From an uncultured virus (IMG/VR IMGVR_UViG_3300021256_002084) (lineage: Duplodnaviria; Heunggongvirae; Uroviricota; Caudoviricetes): DNA of 64,000 bases. Position 1 is the first letter of the stretch, and every line of letters begins with the position of its first letter. The stretch lies in the IMG/VR virus record IMGVR_UViG_3300021256_002084. The stretch is one strand, 5' to 3'. Position numbers and translations under genes: made by a program. The notes beneath the pieces were generated by a model. The model saw only the letters and a list, made by a program, of their open reading frames with translations. It made no database searches and was not told where the DNA came from. Shown here piece after piece: positions 1 through 12,568 of this stretch.

Positions 1-903
1 CGTAGAAACACTGTTGATATTTGCCTGAAGCGTATTTACATTCTGAGAGATTGTAGTATTTACATAACCTGCCAATGTGCTAACGTCAGTGCTGACATCT
101 GCAATACGCTTATTCAATGCGTTGACGTCGTTGTCTTCTTTAGTAATCTGATTCTTTAGCCGTGTACTTACATCATCAATCTGGCGCTGCAAGTCAGTAA
201 CGTCAACAGAAATCATATCACTTACCTTGATGTAAGTCTCTGAAGACTTATCATCAGTAGGATCGCTGTCATCATCTTTAGTATTCCAAACAATGTGCAA
301 ATACACATCACCAGCAGCAGTGTCCCAGTTCGGATCACCCTAACGAGCAGTCTCTGTGTAAGTATGAGTTGCTGCATCGTAAGTAGCCTTACAAACGTGT
401 ACGTCGTCAACTACTTCAAGTTCGGGAATATCAATCTGAGCACTTCCAGATACGTTCACGTAAGAGTTTCCATCAGGAGCCATTGCAGCGAGTGCGTATG
501 AAGCGAACACACCAGTTGCCGGGTTAGCAATCTTATTGATTTTCCAGAGAGTGCCTGTGAACTTATCCTGAATAACTTTGATACCGCGGCTAGCATCAAC
601 CATCTTAGTCTTATCAGTAATGTCACGCCAATAAGTCAAATAGTTAGTAGCGCTTACCGATTCTGTTGAACCAGGATTGTACGGAGTAGCCTTCTTACAT
701 ACGAGAATATTTGCATCAGAACCGTCAGATGTTCCGACGACGACAATCAAACCCTTGTATGCACGTCCGTATAAAGCGCTGGACGTCTGTGTCGCCGGTG
801 TGATATATAAATCTGAAAGCGAATCGATGTATGTTCTGTCATCCGCAGGAACTTGACCCTGGAATCTTATACCGTCGTTAAATATTTGTTTATTTGTATA
901 CAT
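1..903 (-). CDS. Putative virion/tail-fibre-like protein, 3' end outside window (TAG=Gln at 340-342)
   Basis: Frame stays open through TAG 340-342 to base 1 (...ETAR-Q-GDPNWDTAAGDVYLHIVWN...DVSTRL...ADVSTDVSTL), coiled-coil-like tail; N-terminus resembles that of 946..2214. Confidence 0.7.
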
Positions 904-945
904 AGTACTTTAAAATAACTTCGATTAATTTTTATATATCACTTA

Positions 946-2214
946 TCAGACTTTTTTGAATACTACCTGAACGTTCGTGATACCTGCTGCTTTCAAGACG
1001 GTGTATGACTTGAAAGTGCCTGTCTGTCCGAGCGTATTAGTAATGCTTACGTTTGAACCCTGAGTTACACCAGATTCAACATCGAATGTGTTCGTAGCAG
1101 TGTTAGATGCAGCATAAATACTGTCAATCTTGTATGTCTGTGGACAATAGATGTGGAATACCTGAGCGTCTGTTGTGTTAGCAGGCCACTGGAAATAATA
1201 AGTGTGAGTAGTATTGAATAGAATCAATTCTGATGTCGGAGTCTTTGTGTCGTTTCCGGCGAAAGCACCAGGATTAGTATTTCTTGCACTCCATGCAGCA
1301 GATACTGAAGAATAAGTCTTAGTAGCATTACTGTATGCACGCCATCCGGCCTGGAAAGTTAATGTAGTAGACTTCAGTGTATCTGTGCGTGTGTTTGCAT
1401 AATAATTACCAGAACCATCGCGAGTATTACCGCGAGAGTCTACTGGATGAGTACCAGCGTTCTGTGCTTGTTCTGCATAGAAATAACCGTTGATGCCCTC
1501 TTTTGCTTTCAGTGCGCTAGGAAGTTCGGTACCACCAGTTGTACTATTTGTGCTATTGTAATAGTACTTGATAGTTCCCTGATTACTCAAAGCGGCTTCT
1601 GGACCTTTAACGCTGCTATTGACAGAAGAAACCCACTGCCATTTTTCAGGAGCGTATGTAGTACTGAAGTTAGCAGATGTCGGATAATCAGCACCGACTT
1701 CAACTGCCTTACCTGAAGCATAGTTGCCCGTCAGTGAAGCACTGAATGAAGCGTCTTGAATCTTATGAGGTGTACAGAACTCAAAAAGAATCTGTTTCAG
1801 GATCTCAGAGAACGTCATTGTCTCCAACTGACCGATAGTCGTTCCGCTAGGAAGATTACCAGTTGGAGTAATAGTATACTGAGAATCAGGATCAGAACCT
1901 CCGTCAAAATGCATACTGTCGAAAATTTCTTTATCGAAAGACTTCCAGTAGTTCAAGTAATTCTGCTCGTTTACAGTGATTTTGTTGCCCTGGAGATATG
2001 GTGTAACATCCTTCAGAATGAGAAGTTGAGCATCAGCAACCACAACTGTAGCAAACTGATATATATTTCCATATAGTGTGCATCTTTCGGGACTGCCGGC
2101 ATTCACAAAGATGTCAGAAAGATTCTCAAGCTGCAAACGATCGTCCTGGGGCGCAGGACCTATCACTTTAACGCCGTTGTTTACTGGAATCGGATTATCA
2201 TATATTCTAGCCAT
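946..2214 (-). CDS. Putative virion structural protein, paralog of 2240..4117
   Basis: 422 aa, Ser/Thr-rich beta-type; shares FDGG...GTTI..LE...SE..ILF, WR.YSNAT and C-terminal K.AGITNV blocks with the neighbour. Confidence 0.7.
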   Translation of the reverse strand: MARIYDNPIPVNNGVKVIGPAPQDDRLQLENLSDIFVNAGSPERCTLYGNIYQFATVVVADAQLLILKDVTPYLQGNKITVNEQNYLNYWKSFDKEIFDSMHFDGGSDPDSQYTITPTGNLPSGTTIGQLETMTFSEILKQILFEFCTPHKIQDASFSASLTGNYASGKAVEVGADYPTSANFSTTYAPEKWQWVSSVNSSVKGPEAALSNQGTIKYYYNSTNSTTGGTELPSALKAKEGINGYFYAEQAQNAGTHPVDSRGNTRDGSGNYYANTRTDTLKSTTLTFQAGWRAYSNATKTYSSVSAAWSARNTNPGAFAGNDTKTPTSELILFNTTHTYYFQWPANTTDAQVFHIYCPQTYKIDSIYAASNTATNTFDVESGVTQGSNVSITNTLGQTGTFKSYTVLKAAGITNVQVVFKKV

Positions 2215-2239
2215 AATTCTATATTACTGTTGTTACATT

Positions 2240-4117
2240 TTAAGCATTTGTTGAAGTCGACTTCACGTAAAGTCTGACGTTTGTGATACCAGCAGATTTT
2301 TCAATCTCGTATACATTATAGAGATTACTTACGTCAAAACGGTTTACGATTTCTACTTTCTTCGGATTACCCTAACCATCGTATACTTGAGTTACGTTAC
2401 AGCGAGCAGTCCATTCGTAATTTGCACCGTCGTGAGCAGCACCAATTTTGTCGATGATGATATTATCAGGCAGATATACATAGAAATGTTCAGTATGTTT
2501 AGTATGACTGTTCCACTTCAAATAGAGAGCACGTCCGTCAACGGCAAGACCCTTTGAAGCAATCTTTGCATCCTCATTGAAATCTTCTTCTGGTTCTATG
2601 TTACGAGTGTCCCAAGCGGTTACATAATCATTGTATGACTCAGTAGCGTTTGAGTAGATACGCCAAGCACCGGCCAAACTGTAGATAAGGCTAACATCCT
2701 GCGTTTCGTAAGTAGGATTGGTAGTGTGATCCTCACCAGTGAAGCAAAGGTAGTTTACAGAATGAACCTCACCGCTCTCGCCCTTCTTGTAGTATACTTC
2801 TTCTCCAGTAACCGGGTCGATATAAGTTTCGTTACCGAACTGGTCTTTGGCATTTGCAATTCCTTCGAAGTGAATGATACCGTAGTAGATTGACTTATCT
2901 CCTTCTTCGATACGATATTCATCGTAGTGTTCCATATAGCCACCCTCGTTGAGCACGGGATAGATATCCCAATAATCCTGCGGGTGTGTATCGTCATAGT
3001 GACCATGAGCGTCCCAAGGATGCTGCTTGTCGTTGATATAGTAACTGGTATTTGTCCATCTCTGGAGAACCTGAGGCTCACCAACTGGCTCACCGTCTAC
3101 TGTCAACTGCCATGTATCAGGAACAAAAACCGTTTCGAAGTCACTCAACAGAGGGTATGGAGAACCGATTTCGATATATGCGATACCGTCAACGCTATCT
3201 TCCTTTGTGATACCGTTTTCCTTGATATATTCATCAGTAAACTTAATGTATGACTTAGTTTCTTCTTGAGGATTGACTGAAGCGTCCTGGAAGAGCATAC
3301 GTGCGATAACTTCAGATACTGTGATATGCTCAAGATCTGCGATTGTCGTACCTTTCTTGATACCACCGAGGTCATCAAGAGTAGCCTGGTCGTCGGGACG
3401 GTCGCCGCCGTCGAAGAAATTGAAGTCCTTACTTTTACGAACTAAGGTAATAGAAGCGGCAGTCACTGAATCAATTTCTTCCTGACCGCTAATCTCGTAG
3501 ATATTTCCCTGACGATCGCGATATACTCTCGTAGTTGGAGTCAAAACGCAACTTCCTGCGGGAATAGTACGGGTCTCAGTCTGTTCACCGGTAGCGGCAT
3601 CAATGTAGATCTTCTCATATGGTTCGTAGTCATACTGCCACTGATTGTCCCCATTCTTATAAACCGTAACTTCGGTTGTTGTAGAATAGTCACCATTGTC
3701 AGTATCCTTCACGTGATGTACAGTAGCCCAATACGTGTACTCTGCTCTGATACCGAGCAGCTTAGATATAGCGTCGATGATAAACTTATCCTTCACGCTA
3801 ATTAGACCGTTCTTGTATGATGCTTCAGAACCGTCAGATACATCGTGCAATGTCAGAGTAAAATCTGTAATATCAGGAATCTCGGCGTCTTCTATTCTGA
3901 CCACAGTCCCATCCGGTCTTGTGAACACGAATGTTCTATGCATCACATAGTCGTCACCCTGAGATGTCACTACATCAACTTTGACATCTGTTGGCTGTCC
4001 ATTGAAATAAAGAGTGTTAGCGAGTTCGTCCAGATAGATAGATTCTCTGTACTCTTCCTTCAAAGCAATCAACTCCAAATACTCAGAAGTTCCTTGACCT
4101 TTTATAAAATATAACAT
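2240..4117 (-). CDS. Putative virion structural protein (TAG=Gln at 2372-2374)
   Basis: Read-through adds GNPKKVEIVNRFDVSNLYNVYEIEKSAGITNVRLYVKSTSTNA-TAA, homologous to the C-terminus of 946..2214; GATAAATA at 4197-4204. Confidence 0.75.
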
Positions 4118-4229
4118 CTAACAAAAAATAAATTAATTTTTTCAGGTTTAAAACTACAACAACTGTTGATTGAATGTAGAATCATTAGATTTTCTTTATT
4201 TATCATTGTCTGCATAGCGTAAAAATGAA

Positions 4230-4260
4230 AAAGCAGGTTGGCGTGAAACCAACCTGCTTT
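4230..4260 (-). terminator. Intrinsic terminator after the prohead protease gene
   Basis: 12-bp inverted repeat aaagcaggttgg/ccaacctgcttt with a U-run on the minus strand. Confidence 0.7.
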
Positions 4261-4282
4261 GTCGATATTTGAAAATATCTTA

Positions 4283-6181
4283 TCAATCAGCCATATCCTC
4301 AAGCATCTTAAAGTAGTCCATAGAATAGCCGAGATCTCTTGCTGTCTCAGAAGTAGCGCTTATTTCAGTAGCGCTCTCATTAATCTGATACTGCTCGTTA
4401 AGAGAACGACGGATGATGCTGTCGTCGTGCTTCTTCAGACCAGTGCGGAGCCAGAAAATATCTGCGTCTGCCTAAGTCTGAATATTCACATACTTAGCAC
4501 TTTCTTCGATAGCGTCCTGAACGTCCTGAGGAGCAGCAACATACAACTTCTTGTATTCCTCGCTGGCAAGTTTCAGCCAGTTCTTCAGAGCCTTCTTCTC
4601 GTTAATCAAAGGAGTAGTCCACTGTTCGTTAATAGCCTGGACGTCGAAGATAGCGTGTTCCATAACGTAGTTATAAACCTTGTTCTTGTCTGCGGGCTGC
4701 AATGCTGCGAAACGGGCAAAATTCTCATCACTCAGAGAAATAGCGAACGGATACATACGTACGATAGACTCTTTGACATCAGAAAGTTTCTTAGCTTTAT
4801 CGAGCAAGTCCTTGTACTTGTCCATATCCTTTTCGGTCTTCTTCTTGATGTCTTCGCTCTTGTCAGCATCATTCAGAACTTTATTGTCTTTCTTATCATC
4901 GGACTTCTTGCCATCTTTCTTCTTAGTGTCAACCTTTGGTTCTTCGCTAGCAGGAATAGGCATCGGCATATCAAGAGTAGTTGAAGGTGCAACAGTATTG
5001 CCGTTTGCAGAACCGTTAGCAGTATCCTAGTTGCCGGAAGCGACGTCATTGTTAGAACCGACATTGACATTGATGTCCTCGTCAGTCTTGTCTTCATCTA
5101 CATCAGACTCTTCAGAAGTTTCCTCTTCGTCTTCAGCAGGTTTTGCTTCAACGTCAAGAATTTCTTCACGCTTCTCTTCTGCGCCATCTTCAGTCTCATT
5201 CTCACCATCGACACTGAATGCTTCGATGCCGAGAATCTTAGCACGACGCTCAGCAAGTTCTTCGTCAGTCAACTTATCTTCTTCCTCAGCATCGTCCTTC
5301 TTATCGTCTTTCTTATCGTCAGCATTCTCTTCAGAAGAATCTTTCTTCTCTTCTTCTTCCTTAGCTTCATCGTCATCAGACTCATTGGTCTTAATCGGAT
5401 TAATATCTGCTTCAGGAAGTTTGAACTCTTCATCTTCTTCAAGCAAAGGCTTTGATACCTTCTCAAGACTTGAGTTCTCCATCAGAGACTTTTGCCACTC
5501 GTTCAAAGCAGGAACGTCGACGTCAGACTCAACGACAGAAACGCTCTCATCGAGAATACCGAACTTCTTGCTAGAAGCACGATCGTTCTTTATTGTAATT
5601 GCTGATTCATTCAAATAATTCTTCACGTTATTAGCCAATGACTCTTCGACTTTATGAAGACGGGCCTCAGCGAAACCGGGAGTACATACAATATCATAGG
5701 TGAAAATCTGTTCAATGTGAACTTCCTTTGTTCTAGCGTCTACCTCACCGGCAGCACGGGATGAAACGAACAAGGGATAACCTGCGTCGATAAGTTTACG
5801 AGCAATCTGACCATTAGGTGTGTCAAGTACTTCCAGTTTACCCATTACACAATGAGAGGGCTGATCATACCAGAGGTCAGTAATCATATGAGATGCTTCT
5901 TTCATCTGAGTGTCGAAGCGATCGATGGGATGGTCGAGTTCTCCCAGGATGAACCCGTTAGTCTGAATATTCTCGCGCAGATATGAAAGATGACGTAGAA
6001 CTTCTTGCTCTCCGTATATGCGGTTGTTACGGTTGACAACAACGTGGTCATTAGTCGAACAAGCGGTGAATACGCCCTGGAAGATGTACTTCTTTGCACT
6101 TGGAGTACTGTCAGCAGCCTCGAAGATCTTCAGGGGAGACTTTGACTTACTCTTTATGACTAAATTTTTCTTTTTTGACAT
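4283..6181 (-). CDS. T4 gp21-like prohead core protease with long acidic/scaffold-like C-terminal extension (TAG at 5027, 4472)
   Basis: Motifs FQGVF, NRNNRIY, GELDHP, SHMIT, LDTPNG, VSSRAAG, YDIVCTPG; ORFs 5027..6181 and 4472..4969 are in frame and continue to TGA 4283. Confidence 0.85.
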
Positions 6182-6213
6182 AATGTTTATAAACTTGCAA
6201 ATTTACTTTTACT

Positions 6214-6221
6214 TATTTATC
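6214..6221 (-). promoter_or_regulatory. T4-type late promoter motif GATAAATA (representative copy)
   Basis: Same octamer, oriented with the downstream gene, at 4197, 6214, 6271, 29286, 29329(+), 31088, 31114(+), 35642, 41791, 42663, 43857, 46952, 50442, 53724, 57962; one base from T4 TATAAATA. Confidence 0.75.
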
Positions 6222-6301
6222 AATGAAAAATCCGGCTAAAATTAAAATTGCCTTGAAAATCTCATCAAATTATTTATCTTGAAATTTTCCAGGCAATAAA
6301 T

Positions 6302-6330
6302 AAAGGCATCCGCATTCATTAGATGCCTTT
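6302..6330 (-). terminator. Intrinsic terminator
   Basis: aaaggcatc/gatgccttt inverted repeat just after the TAA of 6350..10687. Confidence 0.6.
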
Positions 6331-6349
6331 ACAATTTTGAAACAAATCT

Positions 6350-9300
6350 TTATTTTGCAACGTTTTGCTTCGAATTGCTAACCTCTCCGTACATACCAGT
6401 AATAGTGTCTCCTTGACCAAACTTGTAGTTATTTTCGTTCAAGATACTCGGACATCTGAGCATGAATATGACGACATTATCATTATCATAATCATAAGCA
6501 CATCGAGGATAGATTGTATACGCAAGATTGTATGGTAGTTTAAATTTATCGACACCATTTTCCGGCTGTCTATATTCACCACAACGAATCAAGTCATATG
6601 CATCAATGAACTCATCGTGATTACTTGTGTTCTGATAATACTTCGGATATTGCCACTTCAACTGTAAGAGTAACGAATCATACCATCTCTTATCGAGAGG
6701 TTGAGTTACACGGAATAAATCGGGTTCGACGAATTCTTTCGCATCTTTCTCGACTAATACTTTCTCAGAATTATTCTCTTTAGTTTCCGTAAGCGAATAT
6801 ATGTCAAATGAATTATACTGTCCTTCGTCCAGTACATCGTCAAGGAACATATAACCGTTGCCGTACGCTGAGAGATGTCCGTCGAATAGTTTGCTGTTAT
6901 ACGAGACGTACTGCTGCGACTCTTTGTTCCACATACGAACCGAATTACTCAACTTAGTATCACGAATCTCATATGCATAATGCTGTTCTGTATAAATTGG
7001 AGCACGATTTTCATACTGAGCATAACGACTTGCATACAAGTTCTCTCTTTCACTTTCCGGATTTATGGGATATGGAAATATCTTGTTATCTTCTTCTTTT
7101 CTCATATTATATAATCCAGAATTAGTATATACGACGCTCATATAATTCTTATTTCGACGAACTGTGTCAATCTTATCAAAATCTGCACTTTCATAGAACA
7201 AATTATCTGGAGACACAAGCTCTCGTAATCCAAGAACATCAACCGGACTGATATTCATTGTCTGGATATTATCCTAGAAGTATGACTTATAAAGTTTAAA
7301 GTCAAACCAGTTGACGTGCTGTGAAATGAACAGACTGTTGCGTTCAGCGTTCGTCAAGTCGGCTCCGACTTTCATCTGTTGTCCGTCAGACAATGTATAT
7401 GAATCTGGGACATATTTGCTGAGACTCATATAAATCTACTTCTAATTCTCATCAGTGTAACTCTCTGCTCGATACTCTCTCGGAGATGCTGTATAACTTA
7501 TAGGACATATAAACGCATTGAGAGTGTTGCTTGAGTAGAGATAATCATAGTAGTTCATTGTACCCGTCTGTTGCAATGCTGCAAGATTATCCGTTCCGAC
7601 ATAGAACTTATATGGTTCGGCTTGTTTTCCATCGTCGTACTTGATGACGATATTCGAAACGTAGAACTTGAAGAACAACTTCGCAAACAACGGATTTCCG
7701 AATTCCAGATTAACACAGATACGATACTTACGTCCATCTGAAATATCTGAAAACTTGATGTCGTTGAGCTTGATTGTAATGTCTTCGGCGATACCTGAAT
7801 CGAGAGTTTCTGATTTCGTTATGAAACTAGATGCGGAAATATTCACGTATTCATTCTGACTAGTTGTAACGACAGCATCAGGTACACTTGCGTTATAGAG
7901 TTCACTCTGATTACATTCGCGGACGTCTGAAATCGTATTGTTGATAACGGTCGTCTTGATGCGCACATAGTTAGAACTGTCTTCGAAATCTGCTTTATCC
8001 GGATTGTAATCGCTGACATTATTATTGATATGCAGAGTCGACATCTTCTGTGCATTCTGTATACTATACTTCTTGATAATGTCATAGTCGTAGAGAGAAT
8101 TCTTTATCTCCAAGTCCATTGAAATGCTTGAGTCTGACACATAAGAACCCCAGCAGTCGCGTCTGAAGTCAGATATGTTAATGTCTACGAAGAACTGGAA
8201 CTGATTACTCAATACACCATTCTCGACTTTGTTAGCATTCTCCAAGAACTCAATATCCTTATGAAGATCCAAATCGACTTTCGGGAGACAACGTTTCTCT
8301 GTATAACCGGGTTGTGTGAGTTTATAGAATGACTTACGTTCTTCATTCTTGTATACGTACACTGCTGTTATAGTAGCATTACGCTCTGTCGTGTTGTTAG
8401 AGATGCCGTTGAGCAAGTTATTGAACAAATCGCATCCTGAAACTTCAGAGTTCTCAGAACCAGCATACTTGATGTACTCTTGTGTCGTAGACATAACGTC
8501 ACCGGCTGAACCCATCGTCGGAAGATTGCTCTTTGCGCTTCCTTCAATACGGAACAACTTATAACCGCTTTTTGATGATTCTGTAATCTTCTTTATCTGA
8601 TTAACACTATACCACGAACTTTCATAAACCGGCCATTCCATATCAATCTCTGTAGAGTTGATGAAGATACGAACGCTTTGCTCATCTATTTCTTCAGGAA
8701 GATATATGTCAGTGTAAACTTCGGGATTAGCATCAGCAGAAATACCAGACGTCTCGAATATAGCGACATCAGTCTCTTCTTCTTTCTCAGGACTTACTTC
8801 CGACACAATCTCGTATTTGCTGTAGTCTACGTTGTACTGGAATATAGTATGGTCTGAATAAAGTGTCACACCACCGGTCTCACGAATCCAGAACAGAATA
8901 TCATAGCAAGTGTCGTTTCCGTATTCTTTCTTCAGAACCACACTCTTTCTCATAGATGGCGTAAAGTAAAGCATCCTAGCGTTGCTTGCAAGATGAGAAT
9001 CTGCTGCATCAGTTTTCTTGAAACAGAGAATATTGAATCCACATTTGAAATCGTCGAAATCGACATCATTGAGTATCTGGTCGTTAGTGACTAAGACGAC
9101 GTTTGTCTTCTCGTTATAGTTCTCTTCTGTAATCGTATATGCGTGACCGCTTGTATCCGTGAATATATGTTCAGGGTTCAACGTATCCGTTGCTTCGATG
9201 TTCCCGTTGTTTCCTTTCTTAATGAACATATTCTTAATCTTAAGAGGTATACTGACAGAAGAGTCTGTATTCACGAACTTAGGATTGACAGAAACTTGAC

Positions 9301-10687
9301 CAATTTCATCTTTATGCTCAGCAGTGAATGTCATATAACCGTATGCACTGCTGTCAACATAAGAACGCATATGAATAAGTTCGTTATCATTGAACTGCTC
9401 TTCATTATAAGGCTCTTCTCCTTCAGTCTTCTGAATGATACTAGTATCTAAATCAGATATAATACCCAGATTAATTGCTGAATTGCTCATATAACTCAGC
9501 AACTTCGTAAAGTTGCTGCCGTAAGCATTCACATATGAAGAGTCGGCAGCGGTCGTCGTCTTATAGAAACCGCTGACAACATTACTGATTGTGTAGACAT
9601 AGTCTATACCGTCGATGGTCGTATCACTAACGTACTTGAATGTAAACGGATCTGTAACACAAGCAGCATTGACGAGAGTCTGTAAGTCACACTCTTCAAG
9701 TTCGGCAGTGATGTAAACCATATAGTGAATGATATTATCTACTTCAAACTGTTCCTTGTCTGTATAAAAATAGATAATGTCGCCCTCTTTTATTGAACTT
9801 GACAAATGGTCGGCTACATAGATAGTCTCTGTGATAGCAGACTTGGTTTTCAACAAATCGATTTTTATCTCATCGACGAGTTCTTTGTCCCAAGAGACAA
9901 TCTCATCAATAGTTGGATTGTTAATATTGTGAGCGCTGCTGTCTTTGATATTCGGAAATACAGAACTGTCCCAGCGCAGACTCTTCTCAGAATCAGAGAA
10001 TGTATATGAATGTCCGTTGTCAGCTACTGAGAACAAATCAAATCCTTGAGCATTTCTGTTCACGTTCTTACCAGGACGTATGAGAACAGAATCGTCATAA
10101 TATACTTTCGGTTTTTCATATGGATACGGTGTGTCACTGCTTAGCGTCACTTCAACAGAAGGTTTATTTGTGAAGTCTTTTCTGCTGTATTTCTGCGACT
10201 CTTTCCAGGGAGCGCCAGTTCTGTTCCACGAACTATCGTTTCCAGAAACATCCTTACCAATACCGTTGAAGTCTACTTTCACGTAAGTCTAACTGTCTGA
10301 CTTTCCATCTTCATATGAATCATCGTAGAATTCTTCTTGAGAAGGAACTGAATCACGACTACTAACTTTAATATCAAATGTATCAGACATTCCGTGATAC
10401 AGATTCACGCTCGTATTGAACACGCCAGCAGGATCGTATGAAGCATATTCTTCCTAATGTTGCAATACATTAGCCAAAGAACTTGTTGCATAGACACCAG
10501 TATACAACGAACTGTCTCTCGCAGCGATACGTACAAGATTATCGACGACAATCTCCGAATTTTCAAAGAAGTCGTTGATATAGCCGATGTATATATTGTT
10601 ACCGCTATTACCGTCCTCGCCTCGCAGACCTCCAGTCATCGCTACTCCAGGCAAGCCGTGGTTCTTCTGATATAGTTGTCTCTTCAT
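6350..10687 (-). CDS. Large putative virion (tail/baseplate) protein, about 1445 aa with 5 TAG=Gln
   Basis: ORFs 10454..10687, 7442..10282 and 6350..7258 share one frame; gaps contain only TAG (10454, 10289, 7442, 7436, 7274). Confidence 0.75.
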
Positions 10688-10694
10688 ACTTTAA

Positions 10695-12563
10695 TCATTC
10701 CGTACCATATTCTTTAATGACGAATTCTGTCTGACCTATGACAGATACTGTCCAGTTTATCTGTGAAGGATCGTTATAACTACTAAGTATAATATAAGCT
10801 TCACCGCCAGGTTCAATAACATCTTTATTCGAATTACCGGAATCGCTGTTTGGTACTGCATAGTAATACTCTCTGTCGACGATTGTAGCATCGTATCCCT
10901 CTTCAGACTCTTTGTTTAGTTTTCCGACGAACCTGAACATAGCCGTGTCTGGAAGTTTATAAACAGATTGACGATTTTCGTTTTTAATCTTGAACTCTGT
11001 ATCATACCGTTCTGTTACATATTTCAAAACATCTATTGGAAATCTTACTGCTTCTTTACCATTTCCTGCAATTATTTCATACTTCCATCCAAAATTTCCA
11101 TTCTATAATAACTCGATTTTCTCAAGTTCGTAGTTCGTATAATCATGTTCTTCATTCTTTATTTCGATATTAGAATCTCCATAAACAATATTATAAAAAC
11201 ATTTTGGAGCACTTATCCATAGTTCAGAAGCGTCGCTGGGGACTGTTAAAGTTTTTACTATATAAATTCGACCACCATTATATCCGGGGACATATTTTGC
11301 TTCTTCTGTGCTTCCTATCATATTATACGGATTATCATTCTCGTCTTGTACTAGCCAATTTCCATCGATATCTTTTTTAACAATAGAATTATAAGAATCT
11401 GATACTTCATTTTTCAATAATCTAAAAGTCTTTCTTGGATTATTCTCTGAAGTTCTGAATTGAAGTTTGAACTCCCAAGGCAAATTATTTAATTCTCTAC
11501 TATTATAGCAAGCGTGTATTTTTATTGTTTTATATTTCTTTTCTGGAGCGTAATCCATATTATACTTCCACAAAAGATAATCAGTATCGTTGTATATCAA
11601 ATCATCTGAATCAATCTTTTGTTTATTATCTGGACCATATGTAGAATTATCGTTAATGCTTCTCCAGTCAATATTATCCCAAGTTTTATTGTAATAATAT
11701 ATTTGATTAGTTAAATTATTCTAAGGATAGAATTCGTATGAAACTTTATACAACTTACCGTCTTCCTGTGATACAATCTGCCAGTTGAGATTATCACATA
11801 TCGAACGGAATGTAGTCAGGACTGCTTCGCCCTTGTTCATCTGAGTGTATACTTTAGAGTACTCATCATATGTAATCGAACTGTTTGTGTCAGAATAAGC
11901 GACTTCCAGATCCGCATTCACTAGGATAGGGTTGTCAGACTCAATCATAAAGCACTTGTTGTTCGTGTCATACTGAATCCTGAACTGCACATCAGCCTGA
12001 CCAGACTGAATACTCTTCAAATCGATGAACTTGATATTCTCGTCATTGCTTATCTTGTCTGAAATGATAGTCATCGGCGACTCGATGCCGCTAAGTTCTG
12101 TATCAGGCAACTCAGAAACATTGATGACAAATCCCTTGTAGTTAGTCGTATCAAGCACGAGGCGTTCATTCGAATCGACGAAACCGTTCTCTTCGTTATC
12201 GACTGTTATACGTCCGGCGAATTCGAAGAACTCATCGAAGTTATCAGTGCTGATGGTATCACCGGCTTGTATGATAGCAGATATGTCCTTTATCTTGTAG
12301 ATATAGCCGTTCGGAAACAAGAAAGAATCCTCAGTCATATAACTGCGGCCGATGTACTCCGCAGAACCCAATGCAGTACTACGACCCTGACGAATATACG
12401 AAGCGAACGTCTGAAGATCCGAAGTGTTGTCAATGTCGAACTGACTGATGAATATAGACGTACCGCTAAGACCGGATTTACCGTCCTTACCGTCTACTCC
12501 ATAAAGCGAAATGCCCGGAGCAAATTGATAATTATTCGTTTTCTGTGAAACTAAATTCGTCAT
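10695..12563 (-). CDS. Putative virion protein, about 622 aa with 2 TAG=Gln
   Basis: Three track ORFs in one frame joined at TAG 11721 and 11103; N-terminal PGISLYGVDGKDGKSG resembles the N-terminus of 6350..10687. Confidence 0.7.
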
Positions 12564-12568
12564 TTGTG

